From assembly GCA_965207375.1 (NCBI GenBank), contig OZ242274.1:704001-768000 (forward strand): a stretch of DNA of 64,000 nt, given 5' to 3'. A program made the translations under genes and the position numbers. Each line of letters begins with the position of its first letter. The first letter of the stretch is position 1. This stretch comes from Nitrosopumilaceae archaeon. Its GTDB lineage: Archaea > Thermoproteota > Nitrososphaeria > Nitrososphaerales > Nitrosopumilaceae. The notes below the pieces were generated by a model that was not told where the DNA came from, did not search any database, and was given only the letters and a program-made list of their open reading frames with translations. Positions 60,904 to 64,000 of the stretch are shown here, piece after piece.

Positions 60904-62330
60904 CACCGCACACAAAATGTACGGATAGAGTTAAACAACATTGCAGCAAACACACTTTATGTTTGCAACATCGCACACAGAATGTACAGAGGCAAGATCA
61001 AATGCGTGACAGTATCAGAAACGCCTTAAACGCTGTCACAGAGGATCAAATAAGAGAATTTCTTGCCGAAGAGATGGAAAACAACAAAGAGCTACTAGAA
61101 AGGTTTACAGTCGTATTTGGTGCAAGGCGGGGCCCTAGAACTGATTATCGCACCATGGCAGAATCCATATACGGCGAATATACAACAGGACGCTATGACC
61201 TAATTCCATATGGGACAGATATTGATTTTGACAGGATAACAAGGCTTGCAAGCGCACACGAGAAAAAAAAAGACTATGAAGAGGCGATAAGAGCTTACAG
61301 GGAGCTTTCAGAAGTGATTGCAAAAAATATGGACATGGTAGATGACTCTGACGGATACTATGGTATGTATTTTTCTGATTCTATAGACGGCATGGTAAAG
61401 TGCATAAACAAACCGGGTGTCATAAAGCAACGACACATAAAATACATGTTTGAAAAGTTCATGCTAAAGGAACCAGACTATTTTGCAGACGATTACGAAG
61501 ATGCACTAGGCAAAATATGCACCACTGCAAACGATCTTGCCTACTGGGAGAAATTACTAGATCTCCACATTCCAGACACACTACCAGATAATGATGATAC
61601 GTACTGGAGTGGCAAGTATGATGCAGCAAGGCTAATCATGATGAAGATCACCATACTTGAGAGGACAGGGAGCCCGGCGCTGACAGACATACTTGCAAAG
61701 CATTACCGCAATGACCATAATATATGCACTGCATACATTGCACACCTAAAGAAGAAAGACAAGCAGGCAGCAATGCGCATTGCCGAAGAGGGCGCAAAAC
61801 TGTTTCCACAGATAAAGGAAATCAGGGACATTTTGCACGGCATGTACAAAAAGACAGATCCTAGATACGCAAAGTCTCTGCGTCGTATCTTTTTACAAGA
61901 CGGCAGTTGGAATCATTACGACAAGCTTAAGAAGATATCTGGTGACTGGGACGGTGAACTAAAGTCAATAATAAAAGAACTTAGACGTGAGGGCAACCAC
62001 TATATGCTGATCGAAATATTTCTACGGGAGCACATGATAGATATGGCAAAAAAGCTGATCCTGCAATGTGATGACCTGTATATCTTAGAAGAGTATCACG
62101 ACAACGTATGTAAACTGTACCCTGAGAAATACCACGCAGCATACAGGAAACACATAGACAGTATTGCCAAAGGTGTACACGGCAGGAGTAGCTACAGGGA
62201 TGTGAAAGAACACCTCAAGATGATGAAAACAGTACCTGGTCACAAAAAGGAGTTTAAGGAGTTTGTAGAGTACCTCAGAGAGCGGCATGCAAGACAGCCT
62301 GCATTTTTGGATGAGCTGAAACGACTCTGA
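60894..62330 (+). CDS. Alpha-helical remainder of a SWIM-domain-associated protein (likely start 61002)
   Basis: Helical repeat-like sequence ending LRERHARQPAFLDEL, typical of SWIM-protein C-termini. Confidence 0.65.
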   Translation: MFVTPHTKCTDRVKQHCSKHTLCLQHRTQNVQRQDQMRDSIRNALNAVTEDQIREFLAEEMENNKELLERFTVVFGARRGPRTDYRTMAESIYGEYTTGRYDLIPYGTDIDFDRITRLASAHEKKKDYEEAIRAYRELSEVIAKNMDMVDDSDGYYGMYFSDSIDGMVKCINKPGVIKQRHIKYMFEKFMLKEPDYFADDYEDALGKICTTANDLAYWEKLLDLHIPDTLPDNDDTYWSGKYDAARLIMMKITILERTGSPALTDILAKHYRNDHNICTAYIAHLKKKDKQAAMRIAEEGAKLFPQIKEIRDILHGMYKKTDPRYAKSLRRIFLQDGSWNHYDKLKKISGDWDGELKSIIKELRREGNHYMLIEIFLREHMIDMAKKLILQCDDLYILEEYHDNVCKLYPEKYHAAYRKHIDSIAKGVHGRSSYRDVKEHLKMMKTVPGHKKEFKEFVEYLRERHARQPAFLDELKRL

Positions 62331-62652
62331 TCTGTGAGTAAAGATGTGGTGCAAAACTCCGCTAGAAGGGGAGCCTGCACTGTCGTGATACATTTGGATC
62401 ATTTAGACAAACGATTCTTTAAAAAACGGTTAAATTTTTTTCATCCATGACTTATACCAATTCAGAGAAAATCCGTATTATGGCTTTTTACCAAACTAAT
62501 GCAAAAGAATCTTGTGCAGCATATCTTGAAAAGATCATCAATATCTCGAGAGGAATTTGCAGATAATCCCAAGGCGAACTTTTGTGATACCGCAGTATCT
62601 AATAGGTTTTCAAAAGTTTTAAAAAGATTTGATCTTGTAAGAAATTACCGAA

Positions 62653-63345
62653 ATGGTTGAGAAAATACATTATGATTCCGTTGATTTGAAAAGTCTACTT
62701 GGTAGACCACTTAATGATGTTGAAAAAAAACATGAACCAGATATGGTATACTATACAGGTTCAATACCAATACCATTACCATGCCCTAGAGTTTCAGTTA
62801 TAGGTACAAGGCAACCAACAAAACAAGGTATTATTGATGCAAAACAGCTCACATCGATTTTAGTAGAAAATAATGTTGTTATTGTGAGTGGTTTGGCAAA
62901 AGGCATTGACACTGTAGGTCACAAAACAGCAATAAAATACGGAGGAAAAACCATCGCCGTCATCGGAACTCCGCTAAACATTACATATCCTAAAGAAAAT
63001 GTACAATTGCAAAAAGAAATGATGGAACAACAATTAGTTGTGTCTCAATATCCTGTGGGATGGAATACTACAAAGAAAGATTTTGTACAACGAAACCGTA
63101 CAATGGCCTTAATCTCTGATGCCTCCGTCATTGTAGAAGCAGGTGATGGTAGTGGAACATTGTATCAAGGATGGGAAACAATACGATTGGGAAGACCATT
63201 GTTTGTTTGCAAATCCGTATTGTATAATTCAAAATACAAATGGCCAAAAGAAATGATAAAGTATGGTGCAATCGAACTAGATGATCCAGTTGATATTTTG
63301 GAGGTTCTACCCTCAAATATTAAAATGCCACAACTGTTTCAATAA
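62653..63345 (+). CDS. dprA: DprA/Smf-family protein (Rossmann domain only)
   Basis: VSVIGTR, VSGLAKGID..GH, TIAVIG, FVQRNR.MA..S..VIVEA...SGT. Confidence 0.92.
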   Translation: MVEKIHYDSVDLKSLLGRPLNDVEKKHEPDMVYYTGSIPIPLPCPRVSVIGTRQPTKQGIIDAKQLTSILVENNVVIVSGLAKGIDTVGHKTAIKYGGKTIAVIGTPLNITYPKENVQLQKEMMEQQLVVSQYPVGWNTTKKDFVQRNRTMALISDASVIVEAGDGSGTLYQGWETIRLGRPLFVCKSVLYNSKYKWPKEMIKYGAIELDDPVDILEVLPSNIKMPQLFQ

Positions 63346-63353
63346 TACCCATC

Positions 63354-63998
63354 ATGAGTGCTACAGAGGTTGAATTTGGCTCTCTATTGACATATACACC
63401 ACGTGGAACATCTGAAAAGGCACGTGAGGCAATAACTACTATGACATACTTGAAGGGAGATAAAGTGACAGATTCAAACATTTTGATGTCAGAATATCTA
63501 GCAAGAATGATCAAAAAAGATATACACAAATTCCCCTTTGCTGATTATTTTAACTCAAAAACAATTCTGATTCCTGCCCCGAAGGGCTCACTATGTAAAT
63601 CGGGAACTCTGTGGGTGCCAAAACAACTTACCACAGCTCTAGTAAAAAATGGATTGGGGAGATCATCAGAACCCTGTTTAGAGAGAATAAAACCAGTATC
63701 AAAATCATCTGGTCAACAGGATGGTTCAAAACGACCAACAGCATTACAACACTACAAATCAATGAATATACAAAAATTATTATTTGAACCAGAGGATATT
63801 ATTTTGCTTGATGATGTTATTACAAGAGGTGCCACGATTATGGGAGGAGTAAATAGATTAAGAGAAGCATTTCCAAATTCTAAGATCAGAGCATTTACCA
63901 TGAGAGTAATAAGCAATGTTAAAGATTTTGTAGATGTTAAAGAACCGTGTATTGGCAAAATTACCATGGATGGCAAGTATACAAGAAGAATTCCCTGA
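63354..63998 (+). CDS. Type I phosphoribosyltransferase-like protein
   Basis: LIPAP, R...V.KS, PRPP loop IILLDDVITRGAT. Confidence 0.85.
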   Translation: MSATEVEFGSLLTYTPRGTSEKAREAITTMTYLKGDKVTDSNILMSEYLARMIKKDIHKFPFADYFNSKTILIPAPKGSLCKSGTLWVPKQLTTALVKNGLGRSSEPCLERIKPVSKSSGQQDGSKRPTALQHYKSMNIQKLLFEPEDIILLDDVITRGATIMGGVNRLREAFPNSKIRAFTMRVISNVKDFVDVKEPCIGKITMDGKYTRRIP

Positions 63999-64000
63999 AT

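Noticed and set aside
62653-63998. Natural competence locus (dprA + comF)
   Set aside because: The PRTase lacks the ComF zinc finger, DprA lacks accessory domains, and the context is a defence island.
1-64000. CRISPR array, tRNA or rRNA genes
   Set aside because: No regularly spaced repeat-spacer series or recognisable structural RNA was seen. The CARF protein has no cas neighbours.

Overview
AT-rich accessory DNA, most likely archaeal (Nitrosopumilaceae/Thaumarchaeota-like). This is inferred from the ISH3-type IS, a DUF6293-type CARF-wHTH protein, frequent TTG starts and the style of the glycosyltransferases. About 1-48 kb is a mosaic surface-glycan island: two NeuB nonulosonate synthases, two cytidylyltransferases, a PseB/FnlA-like dehydratase, Gmd, RmlABC(D)-like genes, three Gfo/Idh/MocA oxidoreductases, two class III aminotransferases, formyl/acetyl/methyltransferases, a flippase and GT2/GT4/GT-C enzymes. 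It also carries a Cj1418-Cj1417-Cj1416-like phosphoramidate module flanked by two Thr-type sulfatase-like proteins. About 49-64 kb is a decaying defence island: kinase, YhaM, PIN, HNH, CARF-wHTH, ietAS with ietS split by an IS5-family element, a SWIM pseudogene and DprA-PRTase. Mobile DNA includes IS66 (8-bp TSD), ISH3 (one intact, one deleted, three ~100-bp MITEs), IS5/ISL2 (3-bp TSD) and a primase/ori relic. A family of ~95-bp intergenic elements shows left and right halves in all four swapped combinations, bracketing a possibly invertible 4.9-kb glycan segment. No rRNA, tRNA or CRISPR array was seen. All product calls come from recognising motifs by eye, not from database searches.
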